From: Bugula neritina
Taxonomy: Eukaryota > Animalia > Bryozoa
Length of the DNA: 64,000 nucleotides
Reading direction: 5' to 3'
Assembly (NCBI GenBank): GCA_964035545.1
Contig: OZ037768.1
Span: 18,149,700-18,213,699, forward strand
Made by a program: the position numbers and the translations under genes. The notes below the pieces were generated by a model, which saw only the letters and a program-made list of their open reading frames with translations, ran no database searches and was not told the DNA's origin. This document shows positions 34,671 to 49,600 of this stretch, piece after piece; the first letter of the stretch is position 1, and every line of letters starts with the position of its first letter.

Positions 34671-37600
34671 ATGGACAGAGCTGTAAGACAGGATAACAGT
34701 GCAATGGTTAGACAGCTTTAACATTGTATTATTGAAGAATTGTGACTTAATTTCTCATTGTTATGCTTAGTATTATGCTGTGGTTATACTCAGAATAATA
34801 TGTATTGCTTAATATTTGAATTTTTACATAGTTGCTATTTTCAATAATTAGTTATGTGAGTTTTTATCTCCTGGAATATTCTGGGCTTTCTGTACACTTT
34901 TTGAACCAACTGTAAAATCCCTATATAATGTCCTGGTGTATACAAATCTCACTTTAGCTTAAAGAAAGCACGCAGTTACCAGTCAGTAGCTTATATTCTC
35001 TTACATTCTTGCAGATTGGTATTCACAGCATGTTTGGGAGTTATCCTGCTTGTGTACATGATGAGTACGAGAAACATGCTAGGAGCCGGAAGAGTACACC
35101 GCAGGTAAGTTTTTATTACATAATTTATGCGTGTGCCAGGCTGGGCGCTAGCCCTAAAGGCCTAAATCATGCTGATAAACTTGTCAATCCAGTCTTTCAG
35201 TGAACATTAGAATTTTTGGTACTCCAGGTTATCTTATTTCTCAGTCTATCAATCAATCAAATGATCAATCAATTGATCAGTTGATGAATCAATCAATCAA
35301 ATAAGAAAGGGCACCTGAGTTGTTGGGGTAAACAGACCTTAACATTAGATTTCCTGTACACAACTGTATTAATTCTTTAGATAATTGAAATTTTATAAAA
35401 AGTTAATGCTAAATTCAATTTCTTTATAAAGTGCCAGGTTTTAGTCTGACATACAGTTGACAATGCACAACCCAGTGTAGCATTTAGCTAGTATTTGCAG
35501 CACTCAGTGTGTGTTAGTGGAGAAGGCAACATGTACACCACCTGTAAGTTATTTCACTCGAGCAGATTTATGACTTGCCTCTTTTATTCAAACCTCAATG
35601 GACTGTTATCATACATAATACGTGCATTGTGTTGAGATGAAATTGTCTTAGATTTTGTTTTCTACTCAAAGCTGAACTGGTTAGCAGGGCCTGTGGCTTG
35701 TTAATAAAATGAATTGCTTGCAAGTTGCTGTAACTAATGATTGCTTGGAGTATTTTATTGCCTTTTGACTGCATATTTTGGGTAGAAGAGCTTGACATAG
35801 AATAGTAAAAACATTACCACTATTTTGGGCATGTTTGCAAATTGCCTTTATTAGAACTGAACAAGATATTCTGGGCTGGGGTGCTTAACGTTATAAAATA
35901 GTAAAACTAGGTGCGTTTGCAAATTACTGCATAATTATAGTTGTCTTCTCGAAATAATATTTACTGTGCATACTGTTAGACCAATTATATCAATAACAAT
36001 GTTATACTTCAGCACCTTATCACCAAAACAATTCAATAATATTGACTAATCTACTACTACCGCACTACTACTATTTTTTATCACACATTAAAGCACCATC
36101 TTGTGTGCTTCTGTGCAGCAGCATTGCATAGGAGTGTAGTCTTGGCAGAAACTCTGTTTTTAGAATTCTTAGCAATTTTCAAAGCTTTGATCTAATAGAT
36201 TATGTGACATTGCATCAATCTTTATCTGCTTTTCATCTGACCTCTAATATTCCTGCATCATCCAACATAAATTGTTAAGGTAGGTTGTGTGCATAGAAAT
36301 CAGTGTATATGTAACACTTGTTAATATGTCTACTGTATGTTATGTGGTCATGAACTGTAATTTCACCATAGATAACTTGGTTTCGTCATATAGATAAACT
36401 TGACACAGTGTATCATAAGGTACATTCCATTTTGATGTTGGCTGTGTGTTGGTGATTTTACTTTGTTTACCCTGACTCATTGTTTAGCTACAAAAATTGA
36501 CTTAAGGTAGCTGAGACTGTTTCATGACTAATCTTATCTTCCTTACAGGAAATGTTTCAGACAAAGGAGAAATGCTTCAAAACGCTCCTCAAAGTGGCAT
36601 CATTAGAAGATGACTTTCAGGTACTTGTATTACAATGTGATGCCGGTAGGTTTCAGTTTGAGTAATACATCTTATAGAAGCATTTCCCCTATCTTTGTTG
36701 TTTTCTGCCTATGCTATGACTAATGCCCAAAAATCGGCAGTAAAGCAGTAAATGTAATGATCCCTGACTGCTAGTAATAATAGAAGTGAGGGGCCAGTTG
36801 ATGCTGTCAACATGTTTTATAACCCAGGTGTGGCAGTGTTTTATTTAGAGTCGTGAATAAATATAATAGTAAGGATTGCCTCCATTCAGGGGTGTAATAA
36901 ATTAAGGTGTTATTTGATTCTACTAAATAGTGCCTCGTGCTAGTATTAACCCACATGCTGCTTTATTCTACGCCCACAACTGTCGCTGACATTTCTAGTA
37001 CCCTAAATGTATCAACATCCTGTGACATGTATATAATATTATAGTACTTGTATAATCACCGTGTGGTGAATGAGACATAGATGATCATATTTATATGTAA
37101 ATCCAATGTCCCTTAAGCTACAGCCTAAATCCTCAATTCGTGACATATTAGAATAACAGATTTAACTCTCCATTTAATTTAGCCCTATCCCACATATATA
37201 ATTCTCGTGCCCTGTGGGATTTGGTGAGAAAGGGGGCACTGTGCGCTATTGTCATACTGGGAGTAAGCCCGTGTCTAATTATGTTGTGTACTTTTATAAT
37301 GGGTGCAAATTTTTATTCTGCCCTATTCAGTAAAGTGTAGAACTAGTGTACAGGTGTATTACTTACTATTAATAGCTGTTGACAGCGTAGTTGAGACCCC
37401 AACAGCTGATGATAACCACCTATTGTACAGGTAGCTAAAGTGCTGTATGCAACGTGTTGACATTGGGTGGACTCCACTATTATTTAATAAAACTTATCTG
37501 TTTATCTCCTGGTATACAATGTTGCCAACATTTAACAAGCATGTGAATCGTGGCATTAATAATGGTGGTCTGTTTACTTATTCAGTTTCTTCACAACGAG

Positions 37601-40600
37601 ATTGAAGGTAAAGCCCTGTATCTAACCAAGGACTTCAACCATAGCCATAAATTGGAGGACTTGGCTTCAAGTACATCTGAAGAAGTTAAAGAAATTCACC
37701 AGGTAATGAATGCCCCTCTCACCATGTCACACAACTACAGGTGTTGTATACTTTCTAACATTTTAACATAGTAACTTCTAAGCAACCCAATTAGAAATAA
37801 GATGCCCTTACACTGTTAGGAAGTCATAAAGCTGCTAATTGAAATGGCCTTATTTTCATGGAACCATGGACGTGTCAAACGTAAAAAAATATTTTGTTAT
37901 TAGTCTAAATTCTAAAGTTTTAGATAAACTATTGCAGTTTAACAAAAGTAGTAGGGTTTGTCACAGCATAGACTTAGTTTTGAGTATTATATTGCAGAAG
38001 GCGCTCCTACTGTTTTGACAAGCATATTAGATGTTGAAATCCATGCTGCTTAGAGAATAAGTGTGATCCTGTTATCTTAAGTGTGGAAATATCTGTAATT
38101 AGCATTGCTGTGATTTGTATCAATCAATGTTAACCTTCAGGTTTCCTTAGCTGACAAAATTATTATTGTGATGGCGCACAGGGGTGCCATCAAGTCCAGC
38201 ATGCTACTGGCATTGTAGCTAGAACTGTAGGCTTGCAGTAATCTGCTATCTCTAATAATCATGAATATATCTATAAGTCTCCTCCAAATCAGAGCTGAAA
38301 ATATTTCAAGTAGCTTTATAAAAGAATGGTGAGTTGTGAATATAAGGATTTGACTGTGCAAATATTGGCTTTCTTTTGGTTTGTGTAAACAATGTCCATG
38401 CAGATAGTAGTGAGAAACTTATTATTATTAAAAGTCTTACTTGGTTATCATAATTTGTGTAAAGAAAAACATATGCAAAAGTGTTCACAACTTTTTTATA
38501 GGCAAGGGTTTAGATTGGAAATTTTTTTCTTGGAGCTTTTTTTTATTGGCAAAGTTGACTTTATGAGCTTTAAAACTGCAGAATAAACTGTTATAATTCC
38601 TTTTCTCTACTATGACTATGAGCTCATTGTATTAATGTATGTCGTCACCTTCTGTATGAAAGTACTTGCCAGTACATCATCAGTCCACCTATACAATCAT
38701 TAACTGAAGGTTGGAACACGTGCACAGGATGTAGGGTAGAAAGTTAATATTAGATCAAAAAGCTAACTAAGCTACTTGTTTACTCTTTAAGAAATCTATA
38801 TTCTTTATATCTACATCAAATATAATTTCCTCAGTCATTTGTCGCCCACACTCCGAAAGTCGAGGCAGGAATTATATACTTGATATACTAGCATTCACGT
38901 TTTTCATAATATCTTTAAACAAACGAAATGCTTGTTTTTTGCTGCAAAACATATTAGTCTGTTTCAGTCAGCTGAAATCTCACTCAACTCTCCGTTTGCC
39001 GCTTGTGTTATCAGAACTGCATTATCTGAGTCTTAATGCAGCTCAGCACCATCTTGCTAAGAAGATAATTCCTTTTATTATCACAAGATGCCGATAGGCT
39101 AGAGTAGATTGTATTTCTTTATTGTCTGTTATCCTGTAATATTACTGGCAGATATAAAAGTCAAAACAAACCCCTTGCCATTAGGAACAGTAGTGGAGAA
39201 ATTGAGATAGCCTAAGTTCCTTAATTTGCTTATTAAACTTTGGTTTGGGTGCAGGTTGAAATTTTTTTAAGAACATAACTACTTTTGCTACATCTCTAAT
39301 CTAGAACACAGGTTTTCTCAATTTCTGCGTTGCTGCACCATTACCTACCTAGCCATTAGAAGTACTGGTGTGTTCTCAATATGGAAACTTTTATAATAGT
39401 AAGCTTTACTCTGTATACTTGTAACCATAAATTTGTTTTATTTCACAACTATTACATTTATTGCAGAATTGCATATCTTCGGTGAAGCATAACTGGGAAT
39501 GGCTGACTGCACTTTCAAACTGTTTGCCCATTCATTTGAGACACGCATCCAACTATCAACAGGTTCATTAACTTTAATATTCAGTGTGATGTTGCTCAGT
39601 GCCAGTTATTGCTGTCAACTGTTGAGAAGCTCAGTGCTTTATTTATCAAACTGCTGCCAAATATATTTTTGATCTTGAAAGTGGTGGTGGACCACACAAA
39701 CTTGAGTTAATCAACTGTCAGTTCACTCTGACATAAACTTTATTTTTCAAATACTTTTGAGTTACTGAAGCATCAATGTGAAAGGCTCCTTTCTATGGTC
39801 ACACATGTGGCATGCTACATTCCAGTGCTTAAGTAGGTGTGTAAGGTGAACATGTCTTGATAATGTTTTCTGGAAATTAAAGAAAAGCATTTTATGCTAT
39901 TATGTATATCCAAGAGGACTAGATGAAGGGTTCATTTACATGCTGGCCTACGCAGTTCATCAGAAACTAAGATAATACCATGTGAATTGATAGTTCCCTA
40001 TCTACACTATTGATTTTAAAATTGTTTTTTGAAAAGGACAAAGCATAATATACGTGGAATTGTTTCCGTGCTGCACAAAGCGCTAGAGAATTGTGATCTT
40101 CCTGATAATGTTCATCAGATAGACTGCACTGTCCCAGATGTGTACCGAGATAATTGTATGAATTACGTGTTACCTTGTAGTACTTCCACCAAGCTGAGCA
40201 TGTGCAGGGAGGTCTCGTCCTCTTCCAGAATCAGCTTGATCAGCTGATCAAATCTAGATTAGAGACAACAGGAGATGTCATGGATAATCTGAAGGTAAGT
40301 TTAGTTGAACTTCAAGACAAACTAACCAGTTTAGGTGTTCTTTTTAAAGATAAACTGACAAATTATAGCCTTTCTGTGTTTTTGTTTCACGTTTTAAACT
40401 GTTAAAATGTTATTTTCTTTGTAACCTGCATTTGAACCTGTGACAAGGCATAAAGCACTTGGGTATACATACTTTGTGTAGTTTGCTGGTACTTAGTCTG
40501 AGATGTGTAGGATTTTTTCCTGGAAAGATAACTCTTTTTTATGAAAGTTACATTAGAAGGTTGCTGTAATGCTTTAGCTTCTCGTTTGTTTAAAAATTAT

Positions 40601-43600
40601 GTTATTGAGCTATGATTTCTGTGTAAAGAAGGAGAAATTATACAATGGCATACAAATACAGTGCTTCCTCCGTATCTCTCTAAGCTGCAGGTCCAAAACC
40701 TCAGTTCGTGACATAGTAAAATACCATATCAAACTAACAGATCTGTCCCTGTACGCACATACATAAGCAAAAAACGGGCTTAACTTATGACATAGTAGAA
40801 TACCAGATTTACCTCCCGAATCTGTTTAATTTTGCTATTTTGTCTCTATACACATATATAAGCCACAAAACAGGGGTCCAAGCTCCTCTGGAGACCTATT
40901 AAATTTTTGTGAGATATAGAGGGAGCACTGTATTGAGGTGTTTCCACCTCACCATTCTGTAGTAGGTATCGGAGACATCTTGCTTTCCCAGTAATTAGTG
41001 TCAGTTGTTGCTCATCGCTCCAAGACTATTATCTGATAACAGATTCAATCTAAACGCCAGATTGTATTGTGGAGTTTCCTGTTGGTTATTTGGCTCTAGC
41101 TGGTTTCCATGACAATAAGAAATTTACCTAGCAATGCATTAATACTAGTGCATCTTTGTTTTGCTGCAACTAAATTATGTTGTTATTGGTAACCACGATG
41201 ATAGACAAAGAATCCACCTTCGAATTTATGCAGCACACAGGCAATGCTCTGACTTGTGCATTGAACATGATTTCAAATTATAGAATGACTAATCTAGTTC
41301 TAACTAATAGAATCCTTAGTAATGGAGTTCTAACTAATTTTAACTAATAATTTAGTTTTAACTAATAATAGAGTTTTAACTAATAATTTAGTGTTGAAGT
41401 GTAAGAAAATTCAACTAATGCTTGTTATAGTAGCACTTGGTAAGTTCCCACCATGGCCAATGTTGGCTTCAATCTGCAGTTTGCATTATATCAGTTGTTG
41501 CCTACTAAGTCATGATGCATCACAACACAACTAGCAGTTGTCAGTTTTATTTTGAGCTCAATAAACGTTCATAACTAATTTTGGAATGACTTCATAGCTA
41601 CCGAAATTCTGCAGTCTTCAACCTGAGCTATATATGTCACAAGGTAATCCATCAACTGTGCAGGCTCAGTAAGGCATTTCATAGCATCTAATTTATTTTA
41701 ATATATTGCTCTGAGTAACACAGATCGTCGTGATTAACATATATCATAATGTAATTTAGTAATTAATTTCTCTCTGCAGAAATTGACTGGGACATTGCTG
41801 CAGATGCAACAACATGTGGAGTCCTTGAATGAGATGTCAAAGGAAATCATACCACTGCGATATCGAAGGGAACTGCCTAACTTTCCAGTTAAGGCCAAAT
41901 CTCTTCTTTCATTCACTCATGGAGAGGTGAGATACTCGTGAGATGTGTTTCTCATAAGTGAGAGGTTAATTTCTTTGGATAATGAGAAAAGCTCTCCAAG
42001 TTTTCCGATTTAAAACTTTTTAAATTATAATTTTCCGACAAGTTTAACTGCAGAGCTGTGTTTTTGAATAGTTGAAGTTGTTGATTGGAAACAAATACAA
42101 TTTGTCTAGTAGGTAGGTCCCTGTTTTGACCTGTTTGTCATGCTATTTCAAGTTGTTAAAAGAATAAAAAGACAACAATTTAAATATATGTCTGTGCAAA
42201 TCGCCTATTGGGGGAAGGGGTGTGAGAGGGCAACTGCTCTGTGTAATCTGGAATTATCCCACCATTTGATCATTTATAATTCATTATAATATACTCTATT
42301 TACTGAATGTGTAGAAGTATTTGTATCATTCTAGATTTTCAGTGTTGTTTGCATTGGATCATATTTAATAATTGTGCTGCATGACTACTTTATATCAAGT
42401 GTTTATATTATACATTTTAGTTCTCTATTAACGAAGGTGACGAATGCCTCATTGTTGACAATTCAAATCAGATTGCTTGGCTAGTAAGTACTAAACCTGT
42501 TATTAAGGGTAGTTAATACGCAGTTCAGATATTCCGTTATATAATTACCATATTTGAGTAGTTAAGTAAATGATCTAAATCATTATACGATGAAACAAAC
42601 TCACTAGTAGCAATAGTAAAACCCTTATAATAATGACAAAACTTCAGTTTTGTGTCAACCAGTATCTTTAAAGAGTTGTCTTCTATAATACAACTCTTAA
42701 TTTCATTGGTTGAAAAGTTGTGTGCTCCAAGACAGTTGTTTTAGATTTGCATGCTGCAGGCTGTAAATTTCATTAATAATAAAACAATTTGTAGGTTCGA
42801 AATGAAGCTGGCCAGGAGGACGAGTTACCCCCTGTTATACTGGTGTTGTCTTCCCTTTGCAAAGAAGCTATTGACGCTAGTTGGGGGTAAGCAACTGTCA
42901 CTATGACCCCAGGCTAAATTAGAAAGTTGTCTAATGATAATTTTGGGTTTAAAATTTTGGGTTAGCCATAACAATATGGGATAATATTGCGTATGTTTTA
43001 GTTGTGCTGTTGAATTTAATAGCCAAACACTAATGCTGATTTATATTTAAACATGGGGTTGACATATAAATAATAAAAACATAGATTTTGTTTACATGAT
43101 GTAGTTATTTCGACTTCAAACTATGTTGATATGTTGTTATTTAGAATTAATTATTCATTGATTGTTGACTTCAGATATATTTGGTCAGTTTCTTGCTCAT
43201 CTCCATGCGATTTTTTTTATTTTAAATTCGGTAATAATGAACACATGTTTTGATGATGCTCTTAAATTTAAAAGTTTTAAATTATGTTCTCATAGTAATC
43301 TATTAAACAATAGCTGTTGCAATTAATAATTTTATTTTATAGTTTCAGTTTGGTTGTTTGATAAATGTTTAATAGTTACAGAAGTGCAGTTAGTTTGAGA
43401 TGATTTCAAGCATGCAATCTCCTCCATACAGAAACAATTATCAATCTTGGTGTGTGGATTTACCTGCATCTGCCTTCCATTGTAGTCTTCGGAAACACAT
43501 GCTTGCTGGATGGAGACTCCTGGTGTCTAAAGCCCTTCAGCATGTCGTAGACAAAGTTGTCCAGCTTGTTTCTGAGAAATCAAATAAGCAGTTGGTAAGC

Positions 43601-46600
43601 CTACACTGTTCAGAGTTGTCTTCTATGTATATTTGTAGATGATTAACATTGTTTAAAATTAAGAGTTGCCTTCTGTATATTTTTCATGGTGCTCGCTTGT
43701 TGGCTGTAAGCTATGTATAAGCTCTCTATTACTTTGCACAAAAACTAAACTGAACTGCTCATATTCTTTTATTTTCAATATGTCACCAGCTTTTTAAATG
43801 TATTTTTTTAAAATCTGTTGTTTGAGTGGCTATCAAGAATTGATTAAATACATGATTTTATTATATTTATTGTTTTTACATTATTCTCAACTGAAGATTA
43901 TTGTGAAGCAAGACTACTGGAAAATGTGTATTTATTCACTTAGTTATTATATTCCTCGATCCACTATAGTTGCTGAAAGGGGCTCTACATACATACGACT
44001 CAAATTGAACTCTGTCTTTTGTGTAAAAATGGCCCACAGGTTACATTTCATAGAGTACTATGACTGTGGCAGTACTATATGCCATAACTTCAACATTTGT
44101 GTTTAAATGTATACATATTATTATATACAATTTATTTGAAAACATAATTTATTTGTCTGTCTTTCATTTAGCTTTATATTTTTGTGAAATATTTTCATGT
44201 TAAACTGATTACATATAATTCATGTAGTTGCAAGGCTTGTGTAAGGATGAGAGGAATGACTTGCTGATATCTCTACAGCAACTGCTGAGTAAAATATCTC
44301 TCAACAGTTTACCAGAGAGTGAATACGACCTCCTTGCTGATAATGTGGAGGAATTTGTTGACCTAATATCCTCTTTACACGATGTCACTGGTAATTTTAC
44401 TTCTAATACTTAAACTACTTTTATTCTATTTATAAAACTTTTTAAAATATATTTATTATAAATTCATTGTAAAATTTACTATAAATAGATGTGCTATCAG
44501 TTTTATATGCTATATGTTTTTAATATTTTGACGTTATTTTTATAGCTATCTGTTTACATATTTGTCTGAACATTTTATGACCAATAAGATTTTTATTTAG
44601 ATGCGTTGCTATGCGTCAAAAAGGAAACAAAAATTCTTGACCAACATATATTTGGCTATAGCAGAACATTGGGTTTGAATTTGCAATGTACCTGCTTGTT
44701 CAATTTGATGAGCTTTAATCATGCAGTGATTAACCTTGTAATTAACCTACATTTTATTTTACTGTCTAGAATCAAGCGGTGAAAATGATTGTATGGAGCT
44801 GTTTACAAGTGCGGAGAAAATGACAAGAGCCTATCAAGTGAGTATTGCTGCCGCCATTTCTTCTTCGGCAGCGTAATACTGTGACACACATTTGAGCTCC
44901 TGTAGCTTCAAAGTATCTTATCAATTTTTCTACTGCTGTTGATATGTCGGAGGCCACATGGGCTTTTTACTGATAAGTAAGCAGAAGAAATTATCTATTA
45001 CTCGTAATACCCATGGAGCGCTGAGGTTTGTTTACATTGGATGGTTCATGTTTCATCTGAAGAATAATTAGTTTCAGGCAACTGCTGTACTGCTCAGCTT
45101 CTGTCACAGTTTTACAACGCACACTCACTTCCACCCAGTTGGTGGTTACCAGTCACTGCTTTTCTCTAACTTTAAGCTGTTTAGTTATTATATTTAATGT
45201 AAGTATATAATATTTATATAATTTACTTACATGGTGTTACATAATAGGTTGAAGTATTGTGATATTTAGACTGCAGGTTGATTCAATAGAATATATTTTT
45301 TCTTGAGCAGTCTGAATGAAAAGTTGCATGTAAACTGTAAATCATGGTTCATAAATTTTTTTACTGGTTGGTATTTTTAAGTTTCATGTTAAAATGTATA
45401 CGCTCTGCTAGAAATTTTGAAGATATCTAATGTGTATAGAAATATATTCTAGTACTTCTGATCTTTAAGTACATTCTTGAAGCTGACTTTTCCTAAATGT
45501 TTATTAGATCATTTTCGAGCTACTTATTGTTTATGCAGGGCTACCAATTACTAAGCTAATGAATGTGATCAAATAATAATTGATCTTTCCAGTCAGAAAG
45601 ATGCTTTGCTTTATTCGCTCATATACACGCATGTAGATGGGCATGTTTTGTTGAGCAATGCACACACCGGCATACATAAAGTTGATATAATATGCTAATA
45701 TGCTAGGATATGGAGATATATATGGATCATTATTCTGAGCTGATTGATAAGAGCACAGCTTGTGAGAGTCTGGTTGTATCAGACCTCGTAGACGATAGTC
45801 AGAAGTTCAGGTCCACTGCTTTCATCAAGAAGTGAGTACATCTTCTCTCTTAAAAGATTTGTATTTTCTACTTACTCCAGTAATTGGTGAACTTGAAACT
45901 GTTTCTTGGCGAGCATGGATTTATAATAACGTGGAAGTTTTATAGATATGTCACATGATTGTTGTGGGAGAAGAATAATTGCGCATGTTTACATTTTTTC
46001 TGATATACATGTTGTAACACTTTCCTAATTCTCAAATATTGACACTATTTAAGTGTATGCCTGTACTGTCATATATAAACTAACCTTAGAATGTCGTCTT
46101 TTCATCTTGTAGCAGGTAGAAAGTAACATCTAGTAAGACTCTGCTAGTTGGTCACTTTGGTGCAGTAGATACACAGTATTTATGTATAACCAAGAGCTTT
46201 GCTTGAGCTAACTGGTTGTTAGTGTTTAATGTTACAAGTTACAGTGGTGGTGGTGGTGTTTAGGTATAACATGCATGTCTAGTAGTATTCAAGTTAAGAT
46301 AGTTCAGCTCTCTTTGGTGTTATTTTTTATAAAATTATTTACTTTGGGCAAATCATAGATTTCTGTAGTTATGACTTCTAAATAATTTTGCTGTCTGGTA
46401 ATTTCAATTTTCTGTATTTAATTTAGTTTAGTTGCTAGTATCTAATTTCTAGATTGAATTTCATACACTAAAAAATTAGTATATTCAGTAATGGATGCTG
46501 CCTAGGTGACCTCATTTCATCTAACATGTCTGTTCAGTGTACCCTATTCATATTCTACCATGGGAGTTATATTCTTTTTTACTGAATGCCCTATTCGCAA

Positions 46601-49600
46601 TCTCACCCTCTTACCCCTCAAGATTTGAATTGTTTTCTAAGTATTAGCACGCAGCAGCTGACATTTGCTCAACACTCCCCTCACGAGAAACTGCACTGCA
46701 GTTGTATTTGTGTGACATTTGTTTTCGTGGCTCAGGGCTAGACTTAGCATCAGCACTGAAGTAAGTTGTGAGTACACAGCTGTTTGCTCATGTCTCAACT
46801 AACCTTTCAGTCTAATAAACAACAGGTTGGATTTCCTAGTGATGTCACGTTTATAAATACTCATCTCACGCCACATTCACTGTAAAAAGATATTCAGGGA
46901 GTTGGACCATAAAATAAAAATTAAAACACAAACAATGAAACTCATGAGTTATAAAGAAATGCCTCTTCAAGTATTAATTTTTAAATAACAGTACAGCAAC
47001 GAATTAAGTTTTGACCCACTTACCTTTTTTTAGCTTTTATGTAATAATGTTACTAGTAACTGAAACAAATTCATGTAAACGCCAAAACATTATATGTGCT
47101 GTTTGTATTTTGGGAGTTATCTTCTACAAGAAATATAATTATGGTAGCTGGAAAGACTTCATTTAGTAGAAATAGAGAGGTTTTCCTACTTAATTGGTAA
47201 CTTTTATAACTCTTGGTCAGGTTAGTGGTTTAGCTATGGCCTGCCACACCTTTGAAGCTAAAATTAGCAACACATACCTGTGTGGTTGTTTGTGTAAGAG
47301 TACCTTTAGCTAGGGGTGTAGTGTAGTCTAGTATATAAAGTATGTTATTGGAAGTCACTGTCATTATGTTATTTTAAACAGTGGGTCTATGTGTGTCATA
47401 ATAGGTACTAATATCCTCTTCATTACTTATGGGATATTTAGTGGTTATAATCCTTCTACCATATTCACCAACCATTCAGTTTTGGTACTAGTCTCCTACT
47501 AAATGTTGTCTGCTCTTGGGATAGTCAGTGTGTATTACGGATATGTTGATCCCAGGTAGGTTGTTTACGCTGTCTGCTACAGGTAAGATGGGTTGCTGGT
47601 ACCTACCATGTAATCACTCATTCATTGCTATCTACTTTGACTCATGAGAAATATTTTACAAATAGAGGTAGCCTATATTTTCACCTTTCTTGTTTGAAAA
47701 CCTACATTTCATCTTTTGCTCATTTTGGACTCAACTTAAGTTTAGTATCGGGTTTTGAATCTAACCTGACTAAATGTTCAAACTCCTTTGGTCAAGTGTA
47801 ACTGGTTAGGAGAGAATTTGAATTGGATATGTTTTTAAAAAATTGGATATTTTGTTAGCATCATGTTTATATGTACCTAAGTTATGATGCCGTATAATGC
47901 ATAGGTTGAGTTATATGTGAACATCGGCTGTTATTATCATATTGCTTGTTGTAAGTGTAGAAATTGTCTTATCTCATATTTCACAGTTACATTTGGAATA
48001 TTGTTATAGATCTCACGTCATAAGTGTCCTTTTATTCTAAAAGTTAATCCTGATAGTTTGATGATCAGTGGTGTGGAAGAAATAGGGTTTAGTATTAACT
48101 GCAGTATTGCTCCATCAATTGCATTCTAAGATTACGGCTAAGGTCTTGTTGTCTTCTTTACTAGTCTAACAACCTCTTTTTATCACTGGATGGTTCATAA
48201 ATATGAATATTCTTGTTTCGTAGTGAATTATCAATTTTATCTGTAGGTCATACATTGCCCCCTTGAAGTGCATTTACATTACATATGTTGCTAATTTATA
48301 GCTTACTGGCAGATTTATAGCCATTAGCTACAGTCATTAATGTGTCACCTTCAATTTTTGTTAAATCTGATCTTTGGCTGTTAAGTGATGATGATCATAA
48401 CCGACCTGTATATTTCACTCAGTCTTAGGTATTCCTGATGAGCACCAGCTGACAAGGTAGGTGCAGTAATGGAGCAATTGAGAAAAGCTTGTGTTCCAGG
48501 CTAGAAATGTAGGAAAAGAAGTTTCAAACCGCGCCCCAAACCAAAATTTAAGAACATCAAAGAACTTAGGCTATCTCAATTTCTCCACTACTGCTCCTAG
48601 TTGCAACTGACAGTTCGACAGCTTTAAATGCTAAGAAACTGCTAACCGAGTTCTTGTGCCTTGCCTACTCAGGTAGGGCGTAGTGTTGACTGTCGGTGTC
48701 AATCTGTTCTGTAGAATACCTCACAATTCAGACGATACGTCTGCTGGTGGTGAAGAAGTAGATGATACTCTGTACATTTGCGAGAAATCTGGTGGATCTT
48801 CTGATCTTGATGTCATCCAACAGGAAATGAACACAGAGAGGAGACCTATAAGGTGGGTTCCCTCATGTAGCTTTACTCAACTTTATATGCAGGATTATTG
48901 ACTGCCTTGTTTGAAATATCTGCAAACATTTTCTCTTTTTCTTTCATCACATTTACAATGTGTAATTATAAGCTAGAGTTGGGAAATTGTGTAGTTTTGG
49001 TTCACATACTATAGCCATGAGGTTGATATTGGGTCAGCATCTGGTAATACATGCTGATTGGCTGATTAGGTCAACTCAACATAATTATCTGCTATGAAGA
49101 CATTAATGTCGGTTTACTCCTCAATATCTGCTGTATATTTACTATGTATTTGCCATTCTGGAGTCACGCTATAAGCTACAAGTATACTGAGATACTACTT
49201 TACAGCTAATGCTTTTACACATTAATTTTTTGCCCTCTGTTTTGACATATGACAAATGCACAAGATTAGCAAAATGTATTGATTGAGACAGTGAGAAAGC
49301 CTACTATGAAAGCCCTCTCAGTATTATAAGAATGCTAGTTGTTTGGGATGTAAAAGTGCTTTGCATATTTGTTACAGGTTAAAATTGGTAAAATTGTAAA
49401 TGTAAATTGTAAAAATGTAGGTATATATTGTGTTAGGGAGCTAAATAGGTAGGAGGGTGGCTTTGGGGTTAGTATTGAAAAGACCATCACATAATCACTG
49501 CAACAAATATGTTCAGAGGAGATAACTCCTCAGATTTTATATAGTAGTTATTGTGTTGGCAGTTGGAACATTTTAAAAACTTTTTACAATGGAATGTAAT

